Source: Candidatus Cloacimonadales bacterium
Lineage (GTDB): Bacteria > Cloacimonadota > Cloacimonadia > Cloacimonadales > JAFGVF01
DNA: 64,000 nt
Reading direction: 5' to 3'
NCBI GenBank assembly: GCA_963678315.1
Contig: OY782781.1
Location: forward strand, 2,592,001-2,656,000
Part shown: piece after piece, positions 1-10,189 of the stretch
How positions within the stretch are numbered: position 1 is the first letter of the stretch
Layout of the letters: every line of letters begins with the position of its first letter
Position numbers and translations under genes: made by a program
Notes under the pieces: model-generated
The model's input: the letters and a program-made list of their open reading frames with translations, nothing else
Databases searched by the model: none
What the model was told of the DNA's origin: nothing

Positions 1-1425
1 GGTAATGACTATTTAGCTCAATTACCTTATATATCTTCATACCTCAACGAAATAGTTTTTGCTATATCTATTATAGCTATCTTGATTTTCTACTTTAAAT
101 CAAGAATATTAGAAAGATATTTAATGAAAGAACTGCTTTCTCCTTTCCTAGTAACCTTATCAACGATAACTTTTGTGCTTCTCCTAGATGAGATAATGGA
201 TTTAATGAAATTAATCATGGAAAAAGATTTGGACTTCTTAACAATAATTAATATCTTCGGCTTAGCCCTGCCATTCCTATTAGCCCTGTCTATTCCAATG
301 GCTGTTTTAATGGCATCCATTCTGACCTTTGGACGTCTTAGCGTTGACAGTGAGATTGTTGCTATTAAATCTGGAGGGGTAAACATCTTCAAAACAGTAA
401 GGCCAATCTATTTCTTAGCATTGTTATTGTCTCTATTCATGGTATATTTTAACAACAAAATACTTCCCGAAACAAATCATAAGTTTAGTAACCTTAGAAC
501 TGAAATTTCAATGCAAACACCGATGAAGATAATAAGTCCAGGTGAGTTTATTCAGTTTGGAGCATATACTGTTTTAGTTCAAGATATCGATGATGAATTT
601 ATGTATGGGATTGTGATCTATGATAGGTCAGATACCAAATTCCCTAAGACTATTGTAGCTAAAAAAGGCAAAATTATCCCAATTGAAAATGGGGTTTCTT
701 TGAAAGCTATCCTTTATAATGGTCAGATGCATGATAGAGATGCTAAAAATGACAAGAAATATTCAATAACTTCCTTTCAAGAATTTATACTTAACATTAC
801 AGGTCTAGAAGAAAAAATAGTTATTGCCGAGAGAACAAATAGATCTGATAGAGAAATGAGTTCTTCGCAACTGGTTTCTGCAATAGAGCTTGAAAAAGAG
901 AAAATAATTCAATATGACCAAAGTGTGGTTAAGCTGGAAGAAGCTATCAATAAATTAGAAAAGGTAGAGTTAGATTCATCTGAAGGTCGAGTAGCCCCCA
1001 TGAAAATAAAGAGTAATATAAATAAGATAAAGCAAAATAAGCAAGAAAAAGAATACTCTCAAGAAAGAATTCGAGCATATACGGTTGAATATCATAAGAA
1101 ATATGCTTTAGCTTTTGCCTGTTTGATATTTGTTATTATGGGCATACCAATTGGAATCATGACAAAAAGCTCAGGCATTGGAGTTGCTTTTTCAGTTTCT
1201 TCTTTAATATTCTTAATCTACTATGTTTCCTTGATTGGAGGAGAAAGACTAGCAGACAAGGGTATTGTTGACCCTGCTTTATCAATGTGGATTTCAAATA
1301 TTTTCTTCGGAGCCTTAGGCATATATCTAACTTATGCTGCAAAGTTTGAGAAGTCTTTCCTAGATTTTAGCAGATTTAGCTTATCGGGATTATTCAAAAG
1401 GAAAAAAAGTAATGAGAACGCTTGA
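1..1425 (+). CDS. lptF: LPS export ABC permease LptF (5' partial)
   Basis: LptF/G-type N-terminus ILERYLMKELLSPF, three plus three TM helices, motif GRLSVDSEIVAIKSGGV, C-terminal SMWISN. Overlaps the lptG start. Frame 1 is open from base 1, so the true start is upstream of the window. Confidence 0.85.
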   Translation, partial: GNDYLAQLPYISSYLNEIVFAISIIAILIFYFKSRILERYLMKELLSPFLVTLSTITFVLLLDEIMDLMKLIMEKDLDFLTIINIFGLALPFLLALSIPMAVLMASILTFGRLSVDSEIVAIKSGGVNIFKTVRPIYFLALLLSLFMVYFNNKILPETNHKFSNLRTEISMQTPMKIISPGEFIQFGAYTVLVQDIDDEFMYGIVIYDRSDTKFPKTIVAKKGKIIPIENGVSLKAILYNGQMHDRDAKNDKKYSITSFQEFILNITGLEEKIVIAERTNRSDREMSSSQLVSAIELEKEKIIQYDQSVVKLEEAINKLEKVELDSSEGRVAPMKIKSNINKIKQNKQEKEYSQERIRAYTVEYHKKYALAFACLIFVIMGIPIGIMTKSSGIGVAFSVSSLIFLIYYVSLIGGERLADKGIVDPALSMWISNIFFGALGIYLTYAAKFEKSFLDFSRFSLSGLFKRKKSNENA

Positions 1426-2500
1426 TAAATACATAATTAAAGAATTTCTAAGGACATTCGTTGTAATATTTCTATCTTCGTCTGTCTTGTTCATTGTGAT
1501 TGATATAATAGACCACCTATCAAAGATGCTAAAATATGGAGCAACATTCAATCAAGCTGTTCTCTATTATACACTCAGGTTACCTTATCTACTAACCCTG
1601 ACTTCCCCAGTAATAATGTTACTGACCGGGCTATTCATGATGAATAATTTATCCAAGTACAATGAGTCTATTGCTGTTAGGGCTGCTGGAATAAGCATTA
1701 AGAGAACACTTTTCCCCTTAATGATAATTGGATTTCTCATGAGTATATTTATTGGTTGGTTTGGTGATTATGTTTTACCAAAAGCAGAAGATAGAAGAAC
1801 TCAGTTATATCAAGTTGAGATAAAGAAAGGCAAATTGAAAGATAAAATGCTTAGGACTAAGATATTCTTTAAAGAGGGCTCAGACACACAGAATTTCGTT
1901 GCTTTCTTCAATGGTCACTCTGAAGAGATGAAAGTTATAGATAAGACTGTAGTTTCAGAAGATTTTAGTGAGATTAAAAGTAAGAGTGTGGCTAGCTCTG
2001 CCAAATGGGCTGAAGATGAATGGAACTATAAGCAACTTTATCAAAGAGAATTTCAGTCTGGTGAAATGGTAAACTACTCATACAAAAATCAATCTAAAGA
2101 AGCTGTAATGAATGTAACTCCTAAAGAGTTTATCAGGACTGCCCAGAAAACTGTTTCAATGAACTATCAAGAGTTGAGTGCATACATTGATAGACTAAAG
2201 AAATTAAATGATGATTATACTATTGAATTAGTTGACCTTTACATGAAGATTTCTTTCCCTTTAGCTAACTTCATTATATTATTTTTCTCTTTTCCAATTA
2301 TTACTTCTTCAACTAGAAGTAAAAACAGAGGATTGATTTTTATGATGGGGCTTGGTGTTTGCTTTGTATTTTTAGTAGCTCTTAGGATATCAAGAAGTCT
2401 TGGTTATTCAGGAGTACTAAGCCCAATGGTGGCTGCCTGGTTGCCGAATGTATTATTTTTTATTGTGGGATTATACTTCTTAAGAAAAGCGGAAGTATAG
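1412..2500 (+). CDS. lptG: LPS export ABC permease LptG
   Basis: MRTLDKYIIKEF start, SKYNESIAVRAAGIS and AAWLPN motifs; paired with the LptF-like gene. Confidence 0.85.
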   Translation: MRTLDKYIIKEFLRTFVVIFLSSSVLFIVIDIIDHLSKMLKYGATFNQAVLYYTLRLPYLLTLTSPVIMLLTGLFMMNNLSKYNESIAVRAAGISIKRTLFPLMIIGFLMSIFIGWFGDYVLPKAEDRRTQLYQVEIKKGKLKDKMLRTKIFFKEGSDTQNFVAFFNGHSEEMKVIDKTVVSEDFSEIKSKSVASSAKWAEDEWNYKQLYQREFQSGEMVNYSYKNQSKEAVMNVTPKEFIRTAQKTVSMNYQELSAYIDRLKKLNDDYTIELVDLYMKISFPLANFIILFFSFPIITSSTRSKNRGLIFMMGLGVCFVFLVALRISRSLGYSGVLSPMVAAWLPNVLFFIVGLYFLRKAEV

Positions 2501-2510
2501 TGAGGAAAAA

Positions 2511-3656
2511 ATGGAAATATATGTAAAAAAGTTTGGTGGAACATCGGTAGGTTCCATTGAGAAAATTGACAATATTGCAAGACGAATAGCCAATGAGTTT
2601 GACTCAAGTAAAAGATATGTAATAGTAGTATCAGCTATGGGGAATACTACTGATGAATTGACAGAAAAAGCCTATTCTATTAGCAGTAAACCATGTAAAC
2701 GTGAACTAGACATGTTGCTTACTGCAGGGGAAAGAATCAGTATGTCTCTTTTGTCGATTGCATTACAGGAATATGGGATAACATCAATATCCTTTACAGG
2801 ATCTCAGTCTGGAATAATTACAGATTCTAATCATGGTAATGCGAGAATTACTGATGTTACAGCTTTTCGTATTAGAGAAGAACTAGAGAAAAACAAAGTT
2901 GTTATTGTAGCAGGATTTCAAGGAGTAAGCCCTGAGAAAGAAGTAACTACACTTGGACGAGGTGGTTCTGATACTTCTGCTGTAGCTCTTGCTTCCTATC
3001 TCAAAGCAAAAACTTGTGAAATATATACAGATGTTGATGGCATCTATTCAGCTGATCCAAGACTTGTGACAGATTACCAAAAGATAGATGTTATTGATTA
3101 TAATACAGTCCTAGAACTTGCTTATGGGGGTGCTAAAGTGATTCACCCTAGAGCTGTTGAATTTGCAAAAAAATATAATATAGAGTTAGAAGTTAAGTCT
3201 TCTTTTACCTTTGCAGCTGGAACAAAGATTAGAAAGGAAACTAATATGGAAGAAAAGAAAATTGTTTCTATAGCTTATAAAAATAACTTGATTCGCAATG
3301 TTTATAATAAAGATTTTAGAAGTGTTCTACAAATACTCAATGAAGAGAAGATTGAAGTTTTTGACTTAAATATTGATGAAGATATTTTAAAACTTGTTGT
3401 GGATTGTAAGAGCTTTAATGAAAGTAAGCTAAAAGACATTAATTGTGATACATCATGTGAGGTGCAGTCAATATCAATTATTGGTAATAGAATAATTAAT
3501 GATATTGAGTTTTTGATGCAACTACATGATTTTCTAGATAATAATGGTGTTGATATTAAAGATATAAAGAAGAACACTGTCGGATTAAATATAATCGTCA
3601 AAACCGACAAACTTGAAGAGATTATAATAAAATTACATAAAGAATATATAAAATAA
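2511..3656 (+). CDS. lysC: Aspartate kinase
   Basis: KFGGTSV, VVSAMG, GFQG, TTLGRGGSDTSA and YTDVDGIYSADP motifs; ACT-like C-terminus. Confidence 0.95.
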   Translation: MEIYVKKFGGTSVGSIEKIDNIARRIANEFDSSKRYVIVVSAMGNTTDELTEKAYSISSKPCKRELDMLLTAGERISMSLLSIALQEYGITSISFTGSQSGIITDSNHGNARITDVTAFRIREELEKNKVVIVAGFQGVSPEKEVTTLGRGGSDTSAVALASYLKAKTCEIYTDVDGIYSADPRLVTDYQKIDVIDYNTVLELAYGGAKVIHPRAVEFAKKYNIELEVKSSFTFAAGTKIRKETNMEEKKIVSIAYKNNLIRNVYNKDFRSVLQILNEEKIEVFDLNIDEDILKLVVDCKSFNESKLKDINCDTSCEVQSISIIGNRIINDIEFLMQLHDFLDNNGVDIKDIKKNTVGLNIIVKTDKLEEIIIKLHKEYIK

Positions 3657-3666
3657 TGGAGACAAG

Positions 3667-5694
3667 ATGAGTAAATATATAATAACTAGTGCTTTACCTT
3701 ATGCTAATGGCAAACTTCATATTGGCCATGTAGCAGGAGCATATTTACCAGCTGATATTTTTAACAGATATCTTAAATTAAAAAAAGAAGATGTAATATA
3801 TATTTGTGGAAGTGATGAGCATGGTGCACCTATTTCAATTAGAGCAGAAAAAGAAGGTGTTAGTCCTCAAGAGATTGTGGATAGATACCATAAATCTTTA
3901 AAAGAAAGCTTTGATGGACTTGGCATTATCTTTGATAACTTCTCAGGAACAGCCAGAAAACCTCACCATGAGCTTTCACAACAGTTCTTCACTGAATTAA
4001 ATAATAATGGTTATATAAAGGCTAAAGAGTCACAACAATTCTATGATGAAAAAGAAAAAAGATTCCTTCCTGATAGATATGTTGAAGGTACATGTCCTCA
4101 CTGTGGAGCAGAAGGTGCAAGAGGAGACCAATGTGATGCTTGTGGTAAGTTAATAGATGCTATCACTTTGATTAATCCTATAAGTAAAGTATCTGGAACC
4201 AAGCCTGTAATAAAAACTACAAAACAATGGTATTTAGACTTACCACAGTTTACTGAAAGATTGAAAGAATGGTTAGCCCAAAAGACTTATTGGAAAGAAA
4301 ATGTTGTTAATTTTATCCAGAATTGGTTAAATGAAGGCTTGATTGAACGTGCGATTACTAGAGATATTAACTGGGGAGTTCCAGTACCTTTAGAAGAAGC
4401 TGAAGGAAAAGTTCTTTATGTTTGGTTCGATGCTCCTATAGGTTACATATCTTCAACTATTGAGTGGGCAAACAAGCTTGGTAAGCCTGAACTATGGAAA
4501 GATTACTGGTTAAACCAAGAAACTAAATTGGTTCATTTCATTGGAAAAGATAACATTCCATTCCATACTATCATGTGGCCAGCTTTTGTGATGGGGCAAA
4601 ACGAGAATTATGTTCTTCCTTATGATGTACCAGCTAATGAATACCTTAACCTCGAGGGTAACAAGATTTCTACAAGTAGAAACTGGGCTATCTGGGTTGA
4701 TGAATACTTAAAGTATTTTGATGGAGAATATCTGAGATATGTTCTCGCTGTTAATGCTCCTGAGAAACAAGATAATGACTTCTTATGGAAAGATTTCCAA
4801 AATAAGATTAATACCGAATTGAATAATGTTCTTGGAAACCTAGGCAACAGAGTATTCTCTTTTACTAAAAAACACTTTGATGGATTGATAACTAAACCAG
4901 AAAATCTAGAAGACTTATCAGTTAAAGCTCTTGAAGAAGTTGATGCTTTAATTAATGATATAGATAAATACTACTCTTCTTACCAAGTTAGAAAAGCTGT
5001 GAAGACTATCATGGATATTGCTAGAATAGGTAATAGATACTTTGATGAAAGACAACCATGGAAAGTAGTAAAAACCGATAAAGCTCCAGTAGCAGAAACA
5101 CTGTATGTGTGTGCTGAAATCATTAGAAAGATTACAGTTGTTATGACTCCTATCTTACCAAACTTCATGAGCAAACTAAGAGCAATCATGCAGATTGATT
5201 CAGTTCCAGTTTGGGAGGAATTAAGTGCCGATGCATATCCAATTCAACTTGGAGATGTTCAACAAGTATTCTATAAAGTAGAAGATAAGCAAATAGAAGA
5301 GCAACTTAAACTTCTACAAGAAAATGCTAAAGCCAATAAAGAAGTTGAAGAAGAAAAGCCTGAAATTAAGCCTGAAATTGATTTTGAAGACTTCATGAAA
5401 CTTGATTTGAGAGTTGCTAAAATTCTATCAGCTGAAAAAGTAAAAAAGACAGATAAACTTCTACATGTAAAAGTTTCCTTAGGTTCAGAAGAAAGAGAAC
5501 TTGTAGCAGGTCTTGCTAAAGCTTATTCTCCAGAAGAATTAGTCGGTAAAAAAGTGGTTATGCTACTAAACCTCAAACCTAGAAAGATTAGAGGAGTCTT
5601 ATCGCAAGGCATGATATTAGCTGCTGCTGATGGAGATACCTTATCCGTATTACATCCAAATAAAGATGTGAAAGAAGGATCTGTTATTTCATAA
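3667..5694 (+). CDS. metG: Methionine--tRNA ligase with C-terminal tRNA-binding OB domain
   Basis: ALPYANGKLHIGH (HIGH), KISTS (KMSKS-like), CPHC...CDAC zinc knuckle, YVWFDA, C-terminal SQGMILAA. Confidence 0.98.
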   Translation: MSKYIITSALPYANGKLHIGHVAGAYLPADIFNRYLKLKKEDVIYICGSDEHGAPISIRAEKEGVSPQEIVDRYHKSLKESFDGLGIIFDNFSGTARKPHHELSQQFFTELNNNGYIKAKESQQFYDEKEKRFLPDRYVEGTCPHCGAEGARGDQCDACGKLIDAITLINPISKVSGTKPVIKTTKQWYLDLPQFTERLKEWLAQKTYWKENVVNFIQNWLNEGLIERAITRDINWGVPVPLEEAEGKVLYVWFDAPIGYISSTIEWANKLGKPELWKDYWLNQETKLVHFIGKDNIPFHTIMWPAFVMGQNENYVLPYDVPANEYLNLEGNKISTSRNWAIWVDEYLKYFDGEYLRYVLAVNAPEKQDNDFLWKDFQNKINTELNNVLGNLGNRVFSFTKKHFDGLITKPENLEDLSVKALEEVDALINDIDKYYSSYQVRKAVKTIMDIARIGNRYFDERQPWKVVKTDKAPVAETLYVCAEIIRKITVVMTPILPNFMSKLRAIMQIDSVPVWEELSADAYPIQLGDVQQVFYKVEDKQIEEQLKLLQENAKANKEVEEEKPEIKPEIDFEDFMKLDLRVAKILSAEKVKKTDKLLHVKVSLGSEERELVAGLAKAYSPEELVGKKVVMLLNLKPRKIRGVLSQGMILAAADGDTLSVLHPNKDVKEGSVIS

Positions 5695-5706
5695 ATAAGC
5701 TATTTT

Positions 5707-5743
5707 AGAGCTGAGTATTAATTAACATATTCAGCTCTTTTTT
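5707..5743 (+). terminator. Rho-independent terminator after metG
   Basis: AGAGCTGAGTAT...ATATTCAGCTCT stem followed by a T-tract. Confidence 0.8.
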
Positions 5744-5797
5744 ATTATTTACTTGCCAAAGAACAAGTATTTCTTAATTATCTGACTAGAGGTAATT

Positions 5798-7051
5798 ATG
5801 TTTAAGAAATTCCTAATGTTACTTATGCTGATATCTTTATCAAGCAATGTTATTGCCTATATGATAAAGAATAATGATGTATTCCTTACTATTCTAATTG
5901 ATAGTGGAAAAAAGGTTGAACTTGATGTCGAAGGTTCTAGCTACTTTAATGGCAAAGAATATACTACACACAAGATAAGTGTTAACTATATACAAGACGA
6001 TAAAGTAAAAGTAACCATTGGCAATAAAGCATTTACAGGGAAGGCTCACCTTATGGAGCTTACAATACCTAGTTCATTTTCTAAGAAAGGTAACAAGAAA
6101 CAATCATTCTCTGGAGATATCCACATTCGTACATACAAGAATAAAATAGTTTTACTCAACATAATGAACTTAGAAAGCTACACACGTTATGTTGTAAGCA
6201 ATGAAATTGGTTCTGGTGCTCCTGAAGAAGCACTAAAAGCTCAAGCAATAATATCTCGGACTTACGCAATATATAATTCAATGAAGAATGTTTCATATCC
6301 CTGGGATTTAAGAGCTGACACCTATTCACAAGTTTTTAATACCAAAAAAGATATTCCACAAAAAGTAATTGATGCTTGTAATGCTACAGAATATTCCATA
6401 ATTACTCATAATGACAAACCTGCTTTTACTCCCTTCAGTGGATATAATGGCGGTTATATAGCTAATGTGGAAGATGTTTGGGGTGGGAAAGGCTTCCCTT
6501 ATCTCTCGGCTAAAGGTGATAATTCTAAAGTAAATACAAAAGACATGACAAAGGATAGTAACCTTAAACGATGGATAAAAACTAGTCCAGAAAAGGCATA
6601 TAAACACTATTCAAAACTTCCTAACTGGCTAAAAGCTAGCTTCCAATGGAAGAAAAAGGTTAACCTTACGACAGTCGCTAACAGAGGTAATTACAGTAAA
6701 GTAAGGTCTTTGTCGGTTGTTTCAAGAGATAAATCAGGTAGGGTTAATAATTTAAGAGTAGTAACCTCCAAAGGCTGGGAGAATGTAACATCTCAGGATA
6801 AGATAAGAAGAATACTAGGGGTAACATCCACAATGTTCTATCTTGAAAAGCATAGCGGTTATGTTATTGTGAAAGGTAAAGGAAATGGTCACGGAGTAGG
6901 ATTCTGCCAAACTGGTGGATATTTAAAAGCTTATGCAGGATGGAATTACAAGAAAATTATTAAGCACTACTATCCTCAAACTGATTTGAACGATAGCTTC
7001 TTCTTTGATAAGTCTACAGAAGATGAATTGGAAAAGTTATTTTCTGACTAA
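5798..7051 (+). CDS. SpoIID/LytB domain protein (peptidoglycan lytic transglycosylase family), signal peptide
   Basis: LESYTRYVVSNE, EALKAQAIISRTY, SQVF and GKGNGHGVGFCQTG...IIKHYY motifs. Confidence 0.9.
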   Translation: MFKKFLMLLMLISLSSNVIAYMIKNNDVFLTILIDSGKKVELDVEGSSYFNGKEYTTHKISVNYIQDDKVKVTIGNKAFTGKAHLMELTIPSSFSKKGNKKQSFSGDIHIRTYKNKIVLLNIMNLESYTRYVVSNEIGSGAPEEALKAQAIISRTYAIYNSMKNVSYPWDLRADTYSQVFNTKKDIPQKVIDACNATEYSIITHNDKPAFTPFSGYNGGYIANVEDVWGGKGFPYLSAKGDNSKVNTKDMTKDSNLKRWIKTSPEKAYKHYSKLPNWLKASFQWKKKVNLTTVANRGNYSKVRSLSVVSRDKSGRVNNLRVVTSKGWENVTSQDKIRRILGVTSTMFYLEKHSGYVIVKGKGNGHGVGFCQTGGYLKAYAGWNYKKIIKHYYPQTDLNDSFFFDKSTEDELEKLFSD

Positions 7052-8142
7052 TTAAGATAATAAGTAAGTAGAACATCATTATCTATTCTTTCTATAGAAT
7101 CCAGTTCTAATTGTATCTTATTTTCTATAGAATCGATACCTATATTACTAAAAACGTTCATATTACCATCAATTATTGAAGGAGCAATAAAATAGTAGAT
7201 CTTATCAATAAGGCCTTGAGCTAAGAAACTAGAACATAATTGAGGTCCTGCCTCTATCATGACTGAATACATATTCTTATTATAAAGATATGCCGTTATC
7301 TCTTGTAAATTAAAAGTATTATTTAGCACATCTAAGAAGACTACTTGAAGGCCTTTACTTTCCAGTAACAAGTGCTTTTTACTATCCCTATATTGAGAAG
7401 AAGTAAAAATCATTGTTGCTATATCTCGAGAGCTAACAACGAGTTTAGATTCAATATTAATCTCAAAATATTTATCCACTACAACACGTGAAGGATTAGA
7501 GATTTCAACATCGTCCAGCCTTACATTCAGCATAGCATCATCTTCATTAACTGTCTTAACGCCTGTAATAATAGCATCAGCTTCATTTCTTAAGTAATGA
7601 ACCTTTCTTCTTGAAGCAGAGGATGTTATCCATTTAGAATTACCATTATCATCAGCAATTTTACTATCTAGAGATACAGCATTCTTCATATAGACAAAAG
7701 GACGTTCTTGCGTAATATAAGTTAAGTAGTATTCTAATTGCTTACGAATAGCATTCTGCATGAAGCCATAGTGAACTTCAACCCCAGCATCTTGGAGCAT
7801 CTGGAAGCCTTTACCATTAACTTTAGGGTTAGGATCTTTAATACCAGCATAAACCACTTTTATCCCAGCTTCAATGATTGCTTTGGCGCAAGGAGGCGTT
7901 TTACCGTAATGAGCGCAAGGTTCCAAGGTAACATACATCTCTGCACCTTTCGCAAGCTCTTTAGCCTCCTTCAAAGCTTGCACTTCGGCATGGTCCTTCC
8001 CCCAAGGCTGAGTTCTACCTTGTCCTACAATAACATCATCTTTTACTATTACACAGCCTACAAAAGGATTTGGAGATGTATAAGCTCTGCCCAATTCTCC
8101 TAGTTCATAGGCCATTTTCATGTAGCTATTTATTCTGCTCAT
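7048..8142 (-). CDS. ribD: Bifunctional riboflavin deaminase/reductase
   Basis: TSPNPFVGCV, HAE, TLEPCAHYGKTPPC zinc motif; reductase SKWITS and IEAGP. Confidence 0.97.
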   Translation of the reverse strand: MSRINSYMKMAYELGELGRAYTSPNPFVGCVIVKDDVIVGQGRTQPWGKDHAEVQALKEAKELAKGAEMYVTLEPCAHYGKTPPCAKAIIEAGIKVVYAGIKDPNPKVNGKGFQMLQDAGVEVHYGFMQNAIRKQLEYYLTYITQERPFVYMKNAVSLDSKIADDNGNSKWITSSASRRKVHYLRNEADAIITGVKTVNEDDAMLNVRLDDVEISNPSRVVVDKYFEINIESKLVVSSRDIATMIFTSSQYRDSKKHLLLESKGLQVVFLDVLNNTFNLQEITAYLYNKNMYSVMIEAGPQLCSSFLAQGLIDKIYYFIAPSIIDGNMNVFSNIGIDSIENKIQLELDSIERIDNDVLLTYYLN

Positions 8143-9346
8143 CTCTTTCAGCTATTTTCTTTTTTATCAACTCTATGTTACGTTTTGCAATATCGTAATC
8201 TGGATTAAGTTTCAGACACTTCTCAAGAATATCAATAGCCTCTTCCCATTCTTCCTTTGCAATATGCATAATAGCAATATTATTTAGAGACTTCACTTCA
8301 TTAGGATTCTTAGATAGAACTTCTTTATAGATAGCTAATGCCTCTTGGTCCTTGCGTTCTACTTGTTTGATAAACCCTAAATTGTAAAGTGGTTCAACAA
8401 AGTCAGGATCAATAATATAGGATATTTGGAAGTGCTTCCTTGCTTCATTCACATTTTCTTGTAATGAATGGAAAAGTCCCCAATAATACTCTATATCAGC
8501 AGAATCTGGATAAATCTTTGAATATCTATTACAGAGATTAAAAACATCTTCTATCTCATTTTTATTAATCAAGCCTGCAATATGCTTGATGGCTGAATCC
8601 TCACCATAATATAATTGTGGATTACCTAAAATCCTTGACTTAAGCTTCCACTCTCCACCAATCTTAACAATATTGAGTGTTATTTCTGCCTTATTATTAA
8701 TATCAAAGTGACACAATGCTTCAGAACCTTCTTTATTTAGAGAAGAGCTAATTAGCTTGTAAGAAGATATTTTTTTGAAAGCTCTAAATGCTTTATTTCT
8801 TTTGATATATCTTTTCTTGTTTTCATCTTTAAGAATCTGTTCATTATTATGATACATTTCAATGAAAGCATCCCAATTCTGTTGACTAATAATCTCCACT
8901 ACCCTTTCAGCATATTCTTCAAAATCATTTGCTTTTTTATATTCGATAGGAGAAAGTTTTAGCTTAGAGCGCATTTCATTTATTGGTAAGGTATTGAGGA
9001 ATTGAGTCTTTGCAAAGTATGATTCAAGAATATCTCTGCCCTCTTGGCTTTCAGAAAGTTCTTTAGGTGATTTGTTATTAAAATCTGAATTAGTCATTAA
9101 AGTCCAAATGTCAAAGAGTCTAAGCACTACATCATTAGTTTCTTTGAGAGAATCTGACTTAAATTTAAAAGCGAGAGAGTTACCTTCATTTTTAGGAATA
9201 TGGTATTCACACTCAGTAGGACATTTATGGTCAAAGCGCATTGAATTACAGCACTCCCAGCCTATCTGTTTATTCTTTCTAAGGCAGTGTCTTACTGCTC
9301 TTTCTTCTTTACAAATCTTACATCTTGTTTTGTTAAATAAGCTCAC
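8126..9346 (-). CDS. TPR-containing protein with Cys-rich N-terminus
   Basis: N-terminal CKIC..HC..WECC..CPTEC; three to four C-terminal TPRs (YNLGFI, LNNIAIM). GTG start overlaps the nadE stop. Confidence 0.8.
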   Translation of the reverse strand: MSLFNKTRCKICKEERAVRHCLRKNKQIGWECCNSMRFDHKCPTECEYHIPKNEGNSLAFKFKSDSLKETNDVVLRLFDIWTLMTNSDFNNKSPKELSESQEGRDILESYFAKTQFLNTLPINEMRSKLKLSPIEYKKANDFEEYAERVVEIISQQNWDAFIEMYHNNEQILKDENKKRYIKRNKAFRAFKKISSYKLISSSLNKEGSEALCHFDINNKAEITLNIVKIGGEWKLKSRILGNPQLYYGEDSAIKHIAGLINKNEIEDVFNLCNRYSKIYPDSADIEYYWGLFHSLQENVNEARKHFQISYIIDPDFVEPLYNLGFIKQVERKDQEALAIYKEVLSKNPNEVKSLNNIAIMHIAKEEWEEAIDILEKCLKLNPDYDIAKRNIELIKKKIAERDEQNK

Positions 9347-10119
9347 TCAATCTCCTCTAAAGTAGGTGGCATCATTCTTTTAAACTTTGATTTATTATAA
9401 AGATTCATAGCAACATCAAGGTGTTCTTGCTTTACAGAATCTTTAACAATTTCTTCATCAGTTAATGTAAGTTCAAATTTTCTATATAAGACTTCATCTA
9501 GCATTTTATAAGTAATACCCATTTCTTGTTCATCAGTTTGGGCATCCCATAAATCAGCTGTAGGCTTTTTGTTGATTACAATATCAGGAACACCTAATAT
9601 TCTTGCCATCTCCCAAACCTCTGTTTTATAGAGATGACCTATTGGTTCAAAAGCACAAGCTGAATCGCCATATTGAGTACAATATCCAGTAAGTAGCTCA
9701 GATTTATTACCTGTTCCTACTACTAAGCCACCATGTTTGGCAGAATAATCATAAAGAACTATCATCCTCATTCTTGCCATGTAGTTACCTTTTCTTAATG
9801 GTGTTACATTCTCATTCTCATAGACTGAGAAGTAGGGATCAACCATTGGGGTAATATCTACTTTTGTATAAGATATATTGAATTTATCTGCTACTTCTTT
9901 AGCATCATTAAAACTTGCTGGAGAAGAACTTGCGTAAGGAAGCATAACTCCAATAACGTTTTCACTACCTACAGCTTTCACAGCCAGAGCTGCAGAAAGA
10001 GCTGAATCGATTCCTCCTGATAAACCAATAATAAACTTCTTGAGACCACTAGCATTTAAAGTGTCTTGCATGAACTTAACAATTCTATCTATTTCATTGT
10101 TGTAATTAATTTTTCGCAT
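9343..10119 (-). CDS. nadE: NH3-dependent NAD+ synthetase
   Basis: GLSGGIDS, GNYMARMRM, GTGNKSE, YCTQYGD, PTADLW..QTDE. Confidence 0.97.
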   Translation of the reverse strand: MRKINYNNEIDRIVKFMQDTLNASGLKKFIIGLSGGIDSALSAALAVKAVGSENVIGVMLPYASSSPASFNDAKEVADKFNISYTKVDITPMVDPYFSVYENENVTPLRKGNYMARMRMIVLYDYSAKHGGLVVGTGNKSELLTGYCTQYGDSACAFEPIGHLYKTEVWEMARILGVPDIVINKKPTADLWDAQTDEQEMGITYKMLDEVLYRKFELTLTDEEIVKDSVKQEHLDVAMNLYNKSKFKRMMPPTLEEIE

Positions 10120-10134
10120 TCTTCCCCCAAAATA

Positions 10135-10176
10135 AAAAGAGATGTCTTGCTAGCTAATATATTAACAAAACATCTC
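10135..10176 (-). terminator. Terminator-like hairpin between nifU and nadE
   Basis: Minus strand GAGATGTTTTGTTA...TAGCAAGACATCTC followed by TTTTT. Confidence 0.5.
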
Positions 10177-10189
10177 AAACTTATTATTT

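Noticed and set aside
5798..7051. Sporulation genes (SpoIID here, SpoIIE domains at 38-46 kb)
   Set aside because: Both domain families are widespread in non-sporulating diderms; lptFG and gmhA point to an LPS envelope, and no other sporulation genes are present.
7048..7051. Overlapping convergent stop codons of the SpoIID-like gene and ribD
   Set aside because: Common in compact AT-rich genomes, with no further signal.
7738..8103. Antisense or overlapping ORFs in the track (e.g. 7738-8103, 90-392, 3302-3610, 38832-39107, 42620-42937)
   Set aside because: They are shadows of well-supported genes on the opposite strand with no recognisable motifs; the 38.8/42.6-kb pair match only because the host genes are duplicated.
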